Source of the DNA: an uncultured Anaerolineaceae bacterium
GTDB taxonomy: Bacteria > Chloroflexota > Anaerolineae > Anaerolineales > E44-bin32
Reading direction: 5' to 3'
Length of the DNA stretch: 64,000 bases
Assembly: GCA_964492745.1 (NCBI GenBank)
Contig: CAZBLT010000004.1
Coordinates: 28,668 to 92,667 of the forward strand
The notes under the pieces are model-generated. The model had not been told where the DNA came from. It made no database searches and saw only the letters and a list, made by a program, of their open reading frames with translations. Shown piece by piece: positions 35,014 to 44,229 of this stretch. A program made the position numbers and the translations under genes. Numbering within the stretch: the stretch's first letter is position 1; each line of letters opens with the position of its first letter.

Positions 35014-35070
35014 GAGTTCAGACGATCGGGCGCGGGATGGCTGGCTGAGCGCGCATCTGGGAGGTGTGTG

Positions 35071-37875
35071 ATGACGAATCAAGGGCGCAAGGAGGGGACT
35101 GCCGGGGCGCCGCGATATGACCCGGCGGAGATAGAGCCCAAGTGGCAGGCTCGATGGGAGTCCGATGGGCTGTATCATGCCGACATCGATCCCTCCCGCC
35201 CCAAGCACTATGCGCTGACGATGCTTCCCTATCCCTCGGGTGATCTGCATATCGGCCATTGGTACGCGATGACGCCCTCGGATGCGCGCGCCCGCTTCAT
35301 GCGCATGCGGGGTTTCAACGTGATGTTCCCCATGGGCTTCGACGCCTTCGGGTTGCCGGCGGAAAACGCCGCCATCCAGCGCAATATCCATCCCATGGAA
35401 TGGACCTACGCCAACATCGCTCACATGCGCGAGCAACTCAAGAGCATGGGCGCCATGTTCGATTGGCGCCGGGAGGCCATCTCCTCTGATCCCTCCTACT
35501 ACCGCTGGACGCAGTGGTTCTTCCTCAAGCTCTATGAGCATGGCCTCGCCTATCGCAAGAAGGCTGCAGTTGATTGGTGCCCGAGCTGCAACACCACGCT
35601 GGCGCGTGAGCAGGTCGTGGGTGAGAACCGGCTCTGCGAGCGCTGCGGCACGCCGGTCACGAAAAAGAGCCTGGAGCAATGGTTCTTCCGCACCACGGCG
35701 TACGCCGAGGAGTTGCTCGATTTCTCCCACATCGATTGGCCCGAGCGTGTGGTCGCCTTGCAGACCAATTGGATTGGCCGCTCCGAAGGCGCCCGAGTGA
35801 CCTTCCACACAGAAGACGGCGATCCGATGGAAGTCTTCACCACCCGACCGGATACGCTCTGGGGCGCGACCTTCATGGTCCTGGCGCCGGAGCATCCGCT
35901 GGTCGAAAAGATCACCACTCCAGATCAGGCCGAGGCCGTGCACGCCTACATAGCACAGGCCATACGCCAGACGGATATCCAGCGCGAGGCCGTTGACAAG
36001 GAAAAGACAGGTGTTTTCACGGGCGGGTACGCTGTGAACCCTGTGAATGGCGCCCGCATCCCGATTTGGATCGCCGATTATGTGCTCATGTCTTATGGCA
36101 CGGGCGCCATCATGGGCGTGCCCGCCCATGATGAGCGCGACTTCGCCTTTGCGCTCAAGTATGGGCTGGTCATCCTGCCGGTGATCGAGCACCCGGCAGG
36201 TGTGGCGAAGTCTGTGACCCGCGAGGGCAAATGGGTGCGGGAGGGCTTCGGAAAGGCGCTGGAGGGCGAGGGAATCCCCTTTGAGCGCAAGGGCGACAAG
36301 TTATTGATCACCATTCCTCCCGAAAAGCTTGAGCGTTACGTGGACCTCAGCCGGTCTTATCTGAAGCCCGGCAACTGGAGCGAAGTGATTGGTCTGGGAT
36401 GGGCCTTCATCTTCTCAGACGAGATCATCGCCTGGGACTCGATCGGGGCGGAGGCCGAAATCCTTAAGAGGATCCATGCGCTCGAGCCCAAGCTATCTGA
36501 GAATCGTACTGTGATGGAGGCCCTCTGGCGCGTGGAGTTCTATCGGGATCTACTCTATCACGATGCCTACGGCACCATGATCCATTCCGGCCCTTTGAGC
36601 GGCACCCCCGGTGAACACGCGGTTGAGAAGACGACGGCGTACTTGGAGCAGAAAGGCATCGGGGAGGCTGCCGTTAACTACCGCCTGAGGGATTGGCTGA
36701 TCTCGCGTCAGCGTTACTGGGGCGCGCCCATCCCCATGGTTTACTGTGACGAATGCGGCATCGTGCCGGTCCCGGAGGACCAGTTGCCGGTGAAGCTGCC
36801 GGAGGATGTGGAGTGGCGCCCGACGGGGGAAAGCCCGCTGAAGTTCCATCCCACTTGGAAGCACACCACCTGCCCCTCCTGCGGGGGTCCGGCCGTGCGC
36901 GAAACCGATACGATGGACACCTTCATGTGCTCCTCCTGGTACCATCTGCGCTATCTGAGCCCTCGTTACGAGGAGGGACCCTTTGATCCCCGCGAGTATG
37001 ACTATTGGATGCCGGTGGACACATATACGGGCGGAGTCGAGCATGCCACCATGCACCTGATCTACACGCGCTTCTTCCATAAGGCCTGCCGGGACATGGG
37101 CATCACCCAAGGGCCTGAGCCCATGCTCCAGCTGCGGAACCAAGGTCAGATTCTGGGACCGGATGGCCAGCGGATGAGCAAATCGCGAGGCAATGTCATC
37201 GACCCAGATGAGCAGGTGCGCACGTATGGCGCCGACACTGTCCGAGCCTATCTGATGTTCGGCTACCGCTGGTCGGAGGGCGGTCCCTGGGACCCCGACA
37301 ACATCCAGGGCGTTGTCCGCTGGCTGCATCGGGTGTGGTCGTTGATGACCGAACAGGCGCCGCGTGGAGAGGCCTCCGAGGAGGTGCGCCGCAATCTCAA
37401 GCGCAAGTTGCATCAAACCATCCAGCGGGTGACGCATGACTATGAGACCTTCGAGTTCAACACGATCATCGCAGCCCTCATGGAGCTGTTGAACGAGATG
37501 GTGGCTGCTCGCGAACGGGGCGCCGGAGGCACGCCGGAGTGGGAGGAGGCCGTTGATGCCTACTTGCGGATGATGGCGCCGATCGCCCCCCATATCGCCG
37601 AAGAGCTGTGGACCGAGTACTTAGGCAAGCCCTACTCGGTGCATCTCCAATCCTGGCCGGAGTACGATCCTGAGGCTGCGTCTGAGGAGGAGATCACGCT
37701 TGTGATTCAGGTGAATGGAAAAGTGCGCGACCGTGTCAAGGTGCCTGCGGGTATCAGCGAGGAGCGCGCCCGGGAAGTGGCTCTGGCCAGCGAGCCCGCC
37801 CGGCGCTTCATGGAGGGCAAGGAGCCGCGCGAGGTGATTGTGGTCCCTGGAAGACTGGTCAATATCGTGGTCTGA
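35071..37875 (+). CDS. leuS: Leucine--tRNA ligase
   Basis: 934 aa with PYPSGDLHIGH (HIGH) and QRMSKSRGN (KMSKS), plus a CP1 editing domain. The start is trimmed to the ATG at 35071, with GGGAGGTG 6 nt upstream; the track ORF start at 34966 lies inside the T-box leader. Confidence 0.95.
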   Translation: MTNQGRKEGTAGAPRYDPAEIEPKWQARWESDGLYHADIDPSRPKHYALTMLPYPSGDLHIGHWYAMTPSDARARFMRMRGFNVMFPMGFDAFGLPAENAAIQRNIHPMEWTYANIAHMREQLKSMGAMFDWRREAISSDPSYYRWTQWFFLKLYEHGLAYRKKAAVDWCPSCNTTLAREQVVGENRLCERCGTPVTKKSLEQWFFRTTAYAEELLDFSHIDWPERVVALQTNWIGRSEGARVTFHTEDGDPMEVFTTRPDTLWGATFMVLAPEHPLVEKITTPDQAEAVHAYIAQAIRQTDIQREAVDKEKTGVFTGGYAVNPVNGARIPIWIADYVLMSYGTGAIMGVPAHDERDFAFALKYGLVILPVIEHPAGVAKSVTREGKWVREGFGKALEGEGIPFERKGDKLLITIPPEKLERYVDLSRSYLKPGNWSEVIGLGWAFIFSDEIIAWDSIGAEAEILKRIHALEPKLSENRTVMEALWRVEFYRDLLYHDAYGTMIHSGPLSGTPGEHAVEKTTAYLEQKGIGEAAVNYRLRDWLISRQRYWGAPIPMVYCDECGIVPVPEDQLPVKLPEDVEWRPTGESPLKFHPTWKHTTCPSCGGPAVRETDTMDTFMCSSWYHLRYLSPRYEEGPFDPREYDYWMPVDTYTGGVEHATMHLIYTRFFHKACRDMGITQGPEPMLQLRNQGQILGPDGQRMSKSRGNVIDPDEQVRTYGADTVRAYLMFGYRWSEGGPWDPDNIQGVVRWLHRVWSLMTEQAPRGEASEEVRRNLKRKLHQTIQRVTHDYETFEFNTIIAALMELLNEMVAARERGAGGTPEWEEAVDAYLRMMAPIAPHIAEELWTEYLGKPYSVHLQSWPEYDPEAASEEEITLVIQVNGKVRDRVKVPAGISEERAREVALASEPARRFMEGKEPREVIVVPGRLVNIVV

Positions 37876-37925
37876 TCGCGCACGCGCCAAGGAGGGATCG
37901 GAGCGCGCGCAGGGAAATGGCATCC

Positions 37926-37964
37926 AATCCGCCTGCCCAAGTAGTCTAAGGGGCAGGCGGATTT
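37926..37964 (+). terminator. Intrinsic terminator-like hairpin after leuS
   Basis: AATCCGCCTGCCC (37926-38) pairs perfectly with GGGCAGGCGGATT (37951-63), giving a 13-bp stem and a 12-nt loop. The T-tract is weak (ATTTG). Confidence 0.6.
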
Positions 37965-38067
37965 GCATACGCTCGCGGGGCGCGCGTGCTGATGCGCTCG
38001 GATGCTTTTGCATCCCGTCCCATGCCCGCTTACAATCAGAGCATCTCGACGAACGGAGGTGAGCGCA

Positions 38068-38463
38068 ATGGAAAGACGCACGGCTGTTGCCACTGACCAG
38101 GCCCCTGGAGCGATCGGCCCTTACTCGCAGGCAATTCGGGCAGGAGGATTCATCTTCGCCTCGGGATCGCTTGGTATCGATCCCGCCAGCGGCGATCTGG
38201 TCGAAGGAGGCGTGGAGGCGCAGACCCGTCAGGCTCTTGCCAACCTAGCGAGCATCTTAGAGGCGGCGGGGAGCGGACTCACACAGGTAGTCAAGACGAC
38301 GGTCTTTCTCCAAAGCATCCAGGACTTTGCGCGCATGAATGCGGTGTATGCCGAGTTCTTCCCAGAGGCACCTCCGGCCCGCTCGGCAGTCGAGGTGGCG
38401 GCGTTGCCGCGAGGCGCGGCGGTGGAGATCGAGGCAATCGCGCTGGTGGCCGAGGCGGTATGA
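38068..38463 (+). CDS. ridA: RidA/YjgF family reactive-intermediate deaminase
   Basis: APGAIGPYSQAIRAGGFIFASGSLG...VKTTVFL...ARSAVEVAALPRGAAVEIEA fits the family. The ATG at 38068 has a GGAGGTGAG RBS. Confidence 0.85.
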   Translation: MERRTAVATDQAPGAIGPYSQAIRAGGFIFASGSLGIDPASGDLVEGGVEAQTRQALANLASILEAAGSGLTQVVKTTVFLQSIQDFARMNAVYAEFFPEAPPARSAVEVAALPRGAAVEIEAIALVAEAV

Positions 38464-38502
38464 CCTGAATGGGCGGGCCACACAGGCGTTTCGGAGGTGC
38501 AC

Positions 38503-39183
38503 GTGGGCGGTGAGCTGATCCTGATCGTGGATGATGAACAGAACATCGTAGACCTGGCCCGCCTATATCTGGAGCGCGAGGGCTTTAGGGTGGAATCGGC
38601 CGCGGATGGTGAGCATGCACTCGAGCGCATTAAGAGCCTTTCCCCTGCCCTAGTTGTACTGGACATCATGCTCCCCAAGCTGGACGGTTTCGAGGTTTGC
38701 CGTCGTGTTCGGGGCGAAAGCGACGTCCCCATTCTGATGCTCACGGCGCGCGATGAGGACGTGGATAAGATCGTGGGCCTGGAATTGGGAGCAGACGACT
38801 ACCTGACCAAGCCCTTCAACCCGCGCGAGCTGGTGGCGCGGGTCAAGGCGATCCTGCGGAGAGCCGACCGCCCCTCAAAGGCCGAGGCCCCGCTGCACAT
38901 CGGCGATGTGACCATTGACCCAGCCAAGCGGGAGGTTGTCATCGCCGGCGAGCCGGTCCAACTGCGCGCCAAGGAGTTTGATTTGCTCGAAGCGATGGCG
39001 GCGAACCGGGGAATTGTGCTCACCCGGGAGCAACTCCTGGATCAAGTCTGGGGGTACGATTTCTATGGCCAAACCCGCACGGTGGACGTGCATGTCGCCC
39101 ATCTGCGCAAGCATCTCGCCCGCAGCGCCAGCGTGCGGATCGAGACTGTGACGGGCGTAGGTTACAAGCTTGTGAGTTCGTGA
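38503..39183 (+). CDS. OmpR-family response regulator
   Basis: Receiver domain (LIVDDE...VLDIMLPKLDG...LTAR..KPF) plus a winged-helix output domain (LTREQLLDQVWG...RTVDVHVAHLRKHL). The GTG at 38503, 3 nt after GGAGGTG, is preferred over the track start at 38497. Confidence 0.85.
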   Translation: MGGELILIVDDEQNIVDLARLYLEREGFRVESAADGEHALERIKSLSPALVVLDIMLPKLDGFEVCRRVRGESDVPILMLTARDEDVDKIVGLELGADDYLTKPFNPRELVARVKAILRRADRPSKAEAPLHIGDVTIDPAKREVVIAGEPVQLRAKEFDLLEAMAANRGIVLTREQLLDQVWGYDFYGQTRTVDVHVAHLRKHLARSASVRIETVTGVGYKLVSS

Positions 39184-39190
39184 GGGGACC

Positions 39191-40630
39191 TTGTTTCGAA
39201 AGCTGGCTTCGAGGCTCTTTCTGACGCACTTTCTGGTGGCGGGCATCGCGTTGATGCTCGTCTCCCTCAGTTTGCTCCTCATTCTTCTGCGAGGACCCTG
39301 GGCGGACCAGCGCACCCTGGCCCAACTGGAACGCAGCATCCCGCTGGTGCTGCGCGGCCGGGGCCAGGTGCTGCTCGACCTTCCCGCGCCGCAGCTGGAG
39401 GCAGCGGTCGGCCGCCTGGACCAGGTATCTGGGGTGCGGGTTGTGCTGCTTGATCCCCGGGGCCGTGTACTGGCGGATAGCCGGGAAGGGGAGGGCGAGA
39501 TCCCCCTGCCCACGCGCCAGGCAATCGTCCAGGGCGGAGCGCCGCCTCAGGGACGCTTCCGGGGTGGGGGTGAAGGCCTATGGCTTTACGTTGCCGAGCC
39601 GCTCGTGGGGGGTCACTGGCTCTTGCTGGCGTCGCCGCGACCGGCCTTGCGGACGCTGCAAGTCTGGGGAGAGCACATGCTGCGGCCGCTGATGCTGGCC
39701 GGTGCCATCGCTTTGGCTCTCTCGATAGTGCTTTCATGGATGGTCTCGCGCTGGGTCGCCAGCCCGCTGAAGCGCGTCGCCGAGGCGGCCCGCGCCGTGG
39801 CGGCAGGCGAGTTCAATGGCGAGTTGCAACTGGAAGGTCCGGAAGAAGCGCGCGAACTGGCACAAGCCTTTAATGAGATGGTTCATCAGGTACGAAGCAG
39901 CCAGCAATCGCAGCGCGATTTCGTCGCCAACATCTCGCACGAGCTGAGGACCCCGTTGACCTCGATCCAGGGGTTTGCCCAAGCCATCCTGGATGGTGCT
40001 GCTGCGGCCCCGGAGGATCAGCGCCATGCCGCGCAGGTCATCTATGATGAGAGCGACCGGTTGGTGCGGCTGGTGGAAGATTTGCTCGATTTGGCTCGCC
40101 TGGATGCGGGCCAGATGGATTTCCGGTTTGGGCGCGTCGATCTGCAAGCCGTGGTGCGGGCCGTGGCCGAGCGGCTGAGCGTGCGCGCCGCCGAGGCGGA
40201 GGTGCGGGTGCAACTGAAGTTGCCTGCCCTGCCCCCTATTATGGGCGATGGCGACCGGCTGGCCCAGGTGTTTACAAATCTCGTGGATAACGCCATCAAG
40301 TATACGCCCGCAGGCAGCGAGGTCCGGATCTGGGGTGAAGCCTCCGAGGGCTGGGTCACGGTCTATGTGGACGATAATGGGCCGGGGATCCCACCCGAGG
40401 AAATCAGCCGCATCTTCGAGCGTTTCTACCAATTGGATAAATCCCGCGCCGGTGGCAAGGGGCGAGGCACTGGATTGGGGTTGCCCATCTCGCAAGAGAT
40501 CGTGCGAGCACATGGCGGCAGGATCGTGGCTCAGAGCAGGCCCGGCCGTGGAAGCCGCTTCGCGGTGCAATTGCCGATTGTGCGAAGTCAAGACGCCACA
40601 CTCATCTCGCCGCGCGATTCCCGAGGCTAG
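39191..40630 (+). CDS. Sensor histidine kinase (TM-sensor-HAMP-HisKA-HATPase_c)
   Basis: H-box FVANISHELRTPLTSI, N-box NLVDNAIKYTP, G1 DDNGPGI and G2 GTGLGLPI. Two TM helices flank a periplasmic segment. Confidence 0.85.
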   Translation: MFRKLASRLFLTHFLVAGIALMLVSLSLLLILLRGPWADQRTLAQLERSIPLVLRGRGQVLLDLPAPQLEAAVGRLDQVSGVRVVLLDPRGRVLADSREGEGEIPLPTRQAIVQGGAPPQGRFRGGGEGLWLYVAEPLVGGHWLLLASPRPALRTLQVWGEHMLRPLMLAGAIALALSIVLSWMVSRWVASPLKRVAEAARAVAAGEFNGELQLEGPEEARELAQAFNEMVHQVRSSQQSQRDFVANISHELRTPLTSIQGFAQAILDGAAAAPEDQRHAAQVIYDESDRLVRLVEDLLDLARLDAGQMDFRFGRVDLQAVVRAVAERLSVRAAEAEVRVQLKLPALPPIMGDGDRLAQVFTNLVDNAIKYTPAGSEVRIWGEASEGWVTVYVDDNGPGIPPEEISRIFERFYQLDKSRAGGKGRGTGLGLPISQEIVRAHGGRIVAQSRPGRGSRFAVQLPIVRSQDATLISPRDSRG

Positions 40631-40696
40631 CTACTCGAACAGGAACCGGCGACAGGCTCGGCTATAATTCGCGGGATTCCTTCCAGGAGGCGTGCG

Positions 40697-42721
40697 ATGA
40701 CAAATGGGGAAAGCTCCCGCATCAAATGGTTCGTGCTGGCCTTTGCTGGCATGATGGCGCTATGCTTGGTATGCGCCGCAGGATCGGTGTTCGCGCTGCG
40801 CTTCATCTCCTCCTGGATGCAGACGGCCACGCCGGCCGCTCTGCCGACGACGACGGTCGAGGCCACGGCGACGTCGGCGATCGCGCCCACCGAGCCGGCG
40901 CGGGATCCCGATCGGGCGCGTGAGATGCTGGAGACGCTGGCTCAAACGGTCGTTCCCATCAACGAGCCCATCGAGCTGGCCGAGCGTCTGAGGGGGCTGC
41001 CCAACGTCCCCAGGGTGCTCGCGACCGAGGCCGAACCCATCCCCTTGGGGACGATTGAGACGTTCTGGGTGGGGAACGTGGATACTATTGAGAACTTTCA
41101 GGTCCAGGCTGACCTCGTATATGCGACCGATCACGTCTACTTCTGGGTTGAGCAGGGCGTGAAGTACGACCTCGAGGATGTCAAGGCGCTGGTCGATGAC
41201 TTCGAAACGCATGCCTACCCTACCAACCGGGCATTCTTCGGGTCCGAATGGTCGCCGGGTGTGGACGGGGATCCCCACCTCTACATCCTTTACGCACGCA
41301 ATCTGGGCGCTTCCGTGGCCGGGTACTTCTCGGCCGCCGATGAACTCTCGCCGCTGGCCCATGAATATTCGAACGGCCATGAAATGTTTTACCTCTCAGC
41401 CGATAATGTCGAGCTTTGGGAGGAATTTACCTATAGCGTTCTGGCACATGAATTCCAGCACATGATCCACTGGAGCCTGGACCGGAATGAGGAGTCCTGG
41501 CTCAATGAGGGCTTCTCGGAACTTGCGTCGTTCCTGAACGGCTACGATGTCGGCGGCTGGGATTTTGCTTACGCTTCCGACCCGGATTTGACGCTAACCT
41601 ATTGGCCGACCAATGGGGGCCCCCATTATGGCCAGTCATTTCTATTTGTAGCGTATATGCTCGAGCGCTTCGGCCCTGAGGTGACCCAAGCCGTCGTGGC
41701 CCACCCGAACAACGGGTTGGATTCGATCGACCAGACGTTGGCCGAACTGGGGATCGAGGATCCCTTATCCGGGGCACCCGTCCGCGCGGACGACCTGCAT
41801 CGCGATTGGGCAGTCGCGTTGTTGCTGCAGGACCCCACGGTGGCGGATGGCCGCTATGCTTTCGAAAGCTATGTTGCTCCGCAAGTGCAAGTTGCCGACC
41901 GTTTCGACGAGTGCCCTTTTGGCCCGCAGGAGCGGCAGGTGAGTCAATACGGTATTGACTACATTCGTGTTGATTGTGCCGGTGAGTACACACTCCTTTT
42001 CGACGGGGCCTCGGAGGTGCAGGTTCTGCCAGCAGAGCCGCTTTCAGGGGAGTATGCCTTCTGGTCCAATCGCGGCGATGAATCGGATATGACACTGACA
42101 CGTAGTTTCGACCTCCAAGAAGTGAGCGGCCCAATTGAGCTGCGATACTGGACCTGGTATGACATCGAAGAAGGCTGGGATTACCTCTACCTGGAGATCT
42201 CGGCGGATGGAGGGGAGACCTGGCAGATTCTCGAAACGCCCTCCGGGACAGCTGAAGACTCCTCCGGGAACTCCTACGGTTGGGGGTACACCGGATACAG
42301 TGGCGGAGGGAGTCAGCCAGCATGGATTCAGGAGAAAGTGGATCTCTCAGCCTTCGCCGGGCAGGAGATACTGCTGCGGTTTGAATACATCACGGATGCG
42401 GCGGTAAACGGCGATGGCTTCCTACTCGACGACATCCGCATTGATGCCCTAGGTTACTTCGAAGATTTCGAAGCTGGCGATGGTGGCTGGCGGGCGGAGG
42501 GCTTCGTACGCCTTTATAATCGCCTTCCGCAGACCTATCAGGTGATCCTGGTCGAGCATGGGGATGAGATCCGCGTCCGCCCGGTCGCGCTGGATGCGGA
42601 GAACAGCGCCGAGATCGAGTTCCAAGCAGGGGATGGCATCGACTATATCACATTGATTGTAAGCGGGACGGCTCGGCACACCTGGCAGCCAGCGCCCTAT
42701 CGGTTTGAGCTGAGACCCTAG
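40697..42721 (+). CDS. Secreted zinc metallopeptidase (HExxH, MA clan; M30/M6-like) with a C-terminal beta-rich domain
   Basis: N-terminal signal/TM segment and an active-site-like VLAHEFQHMIHW...NEGFSE motif (HExxH plus a downstream Glu). The subfamily assignment is uncertain. Confidence 0.7.
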   Translation: MTNGESSRIKWFVLAFAGMMALCLVCAAGSVFALRFISSWMQTATPAALPTTTVEATATSAIAPTEPARDPDRAREMLETLAQTVVPINEPIELAERLRGLPNVPRVLATEAEPIPLGTIETFWVGNVDTIENFQVQADLVYATDHVYFWVEQGVKYDLEDVKALVDDFETHAYPTNRAFFGSEWSPGVDGDPHLYILYARNLGASVAGYFSAADELSPLAHEYSNGHEMFYLSADNVELWEEFTYSVLAHEFQHMIHWSLDRNEESWLNEGFSELASFLNGYDVGGWDFAYASDPDLTLTYWPTNGGPHYGQSFLFVAYMLERFGPEVTQAVVAHPNNGLDSIDQTLAELGIEDPLSGAPVRADDLHRDWAVALLLQDPTVADGRYAFESYVAPQVQVADRFDECPFGPQERQVSQYGIDYIRVDCAGEYTLLFDGASEVQVLPAEPLSGEYAFWSNRGDESDMTLTRSFDLQEVSGPIELRYWTWYDIEEGWDYLYLEISADGGETWQILETPSGTAEDSSGNSYGWGYTGYSGGGSQPAWIQEKVDLSAFAGQEILLRFEYITDAAVNGDGFLLDDIRIDALGYFEDFEAGDGGWRAEGFVRLYNRLPQTYQVILVEHGDEIRVRPVALDAENSAEIEFQAGDGIDYITLIVSGTARHTWQPAPYRFELRP

Positions 42722-42760
42722 AGCGAGAAGCGAAGAATGCGGATGTGGCCCCAAGAAGGC

Positions 42761-42784
42761 GTGGGCACGCTGTGGCGTGCCCAC
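42761..42784. terminator. Bidirectional terminator-like hairpin between convergent genes
   Basis: GTGGGCACGC-TGTG-GCGTGCCCAC forms a perfect 10-bp stem, followed by TGTATATTG on the + strand. Confidence 0.5.
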
Positions 42785-42816
42785 TGTATATTGCCCCTAT
42801 GGCAGCGGAGGCCAGC

Positions 42817-43038
42817 TCACCCTGCGGGCGCGCGGCCCCGCAGCCGTTCGAGCTCCGCCTCCAATTGTGCGACCCGGGCCGCATAGGCTTCGCGGACCTC
42901 ATCCCGAAAGGCATCCGTGCGCTGGCGCAACTGGCTGCGTAATTCCTCCCCTGAGGCTGGGGCATAGATCAGCGCCAGAACGGAACCCACCAATGCGCCA
43001 CAAAAGGCCCCGGCGACGAAACTCATGAATCGGCGCAT
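42817..43038 (-). CDS. YtxH domain-containing protein (general-stress-like, membrane-anchored coiled coil)
   Basis: MRRFMSFVAGAFCGALVGSVLALIYAPASGEELR... is a typical YtxH N-terminus. The start is trimmed to 43038. Confidence 0.6.
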   Translation of the reverse strand: MRRFMSFVAGAFCGALVGSVLALIYAPASGEELRSQLRQRTDAFRDEVREAYAARVAQLEAELERLRGRAPAG

Positions 43039-43264
43039 CCTACACCTCCTGCGACAATGTCCATGCCTCATTATGGCACAGGTTCTCGCATGAATAAAGG
43101 TATGCGATGAAGTGCTCGGCTTGCCGATTGAGGGATCTCGCCGAGGAACAATATTATGGCCGGTGCCCTATTGCGGGGTATACTTCGGTGCGTTGTGCGC
43201 CGCCAAGCGCTCTTCCCTTTGAGGATGAACGGTGGCGAGCTTCTTCACAAGGAGGAAATGTGGT

Positions 43265-43501
43265 ATGGCTGATATCAGCATCGAATATTGTGCGGTTTGA
43301 CATTATACTGATAGGGCCATCGGTGCGATGGCGGAAATCTTGAAGACCTTCGAGCGGCGGATTGCTTCGGTTACACTGATCCCCTCCGATTCGGGCCGGT
43401 TTGAGGTTAAGGTTGACGATCAGCTGATCTATTCGAAGCTTCAAACCGGGCGGCATGTGGAAGAGGGCGAACTCATCGAGCTGATCGAGAAGGCATTTTA
43501 G
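43265..43501 (+). CDS. SelW-like (Rdx family) selenoprotein, CxxU motif; in-frame TGA at 43298-43300
   Basis: Not in the ORF track. The ATG at 43265 has GGAGGA at 43251-56. The translation is MADISIEYCAVUHYTDRAIGAMAEILKTFERRIASVTLIPSDSGRFEVKVDDQLIYSKLQTGRHVEEGELIELIEKAF*. The IEYCxxU...L.PS..G.FEV.VDG.L.YSK...GR pattern is the bacterial SelW-like/Rdx signature. Confidence 0.8.
43316..43332 (+). promoter_or_regulatory. Candidate SECIS hairpin for the SelW-like gene
   Basis: GCCAUCG-GUG-CGAUGGC forms a perfect 7-bp stem starting 15 nt after the UGA. The apical GUG loop lies 23-25 nt after the UGA. Confidence 0.6.
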
Positions 43502-43542
43502 CCGCCCTATCCTTCTGATCCGGCAAGATTGGGGTGATGACG

Positions 43543-43995
43543 ATGCGAGCCGTCCTGCAACGGGTGCGCCGCGCCGCGGTGGTTGTCGATGGGCAGCGTA
43601 TCGCGGAGATCGGACCCGGCCTGTTGATCCTCCTGGGAGTGGGCCTGGGAGATACCCACACAGAAGCCGTCTGGCTGGCAGATAAGTGCGTCGCGCTGCG
43701 CATCTTCGAGGATCAAAATGGCAAGACCAATCTCTCGGTGCAAGATGTGGCTGGCGAGGCGCTGGTGGTTTCGCAATTCACCCTCTACGCCAACACGAAG
43801 AAGGGCCGCCGCCCAAGCTTCGTCGAGGCCGCGCCTCCGGAGGTCGCCGCGCCCCTGGTAGATGCCTTCACAGAAAGGCTGGCAAGCCACGAAGTTCCCG
43901 TGCAACAGGGGCGCTTCGGGGCGCACATGCTGGTTGAGATCGAGAACGATGGACCTGTGACGATCCTGCTGGAGCGCAAGCCTGAGGATCGATGA
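43543..43995 (+). CDS. dtd: D-aminoacyl-tRNA deacylase
   Basis: MRAVLQRV...ILLGV...SQFTLYA...KG.RPSF...G.FGA.M.V...NDGPVT is the Dtd signature. The track ORF starts 9 nt earlier, at a GTG. Confidence 0.9.
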   Translation: MRAVLQRVRRAAVVVDGQRIAEIGPGLLILLGVGLGDTHTEAVWLADKCVALRIFEDQNGKTNLSVQDVAGEALVVSQFTLYANTKKGRRPSFVEAAPPEVAAPLVDAFTERLASHEVPVQQGRFGAHMLVEIENDGPVTILLERKPEDR

Positions 43996-44229
43996 TCCCC
44001 CAAGACGTCTCCCTCTCCATTTCCTTTCCTACAGAATCGATCGAAAGCGCGTCGCTGACAGCAACACCGCCGTGCCGCAGTTCTACTGCACATGCCGCCG
44101 ATGTATGGCCAGACGGGAGCCTGATGTCAGGCCGGCGTCGGTCGGTGGAAAGGCCTGCGTGATAGAATTCCTCCGCCTGATGCAAACGGCTTCGGGCGCA
44201 GGCATGAGCCAAATCTTAAGGAGGAGTTC

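Noticed and set aside
34603-36192. 529-aa ORF on the - strand
   Set aside because: It runs antisense through both tRNA-Ala genes, the T-box leader and the 5' third of leuS. It is a high-GC artefact.
43107-43343. 78-aa track ORF overlapping the SelW-like start region
   Set aside because: It is in a different frame and lacks an RBS. Its Cys/Arg-rich product has no recognisable fold. The SelW-like reading explains the region better.
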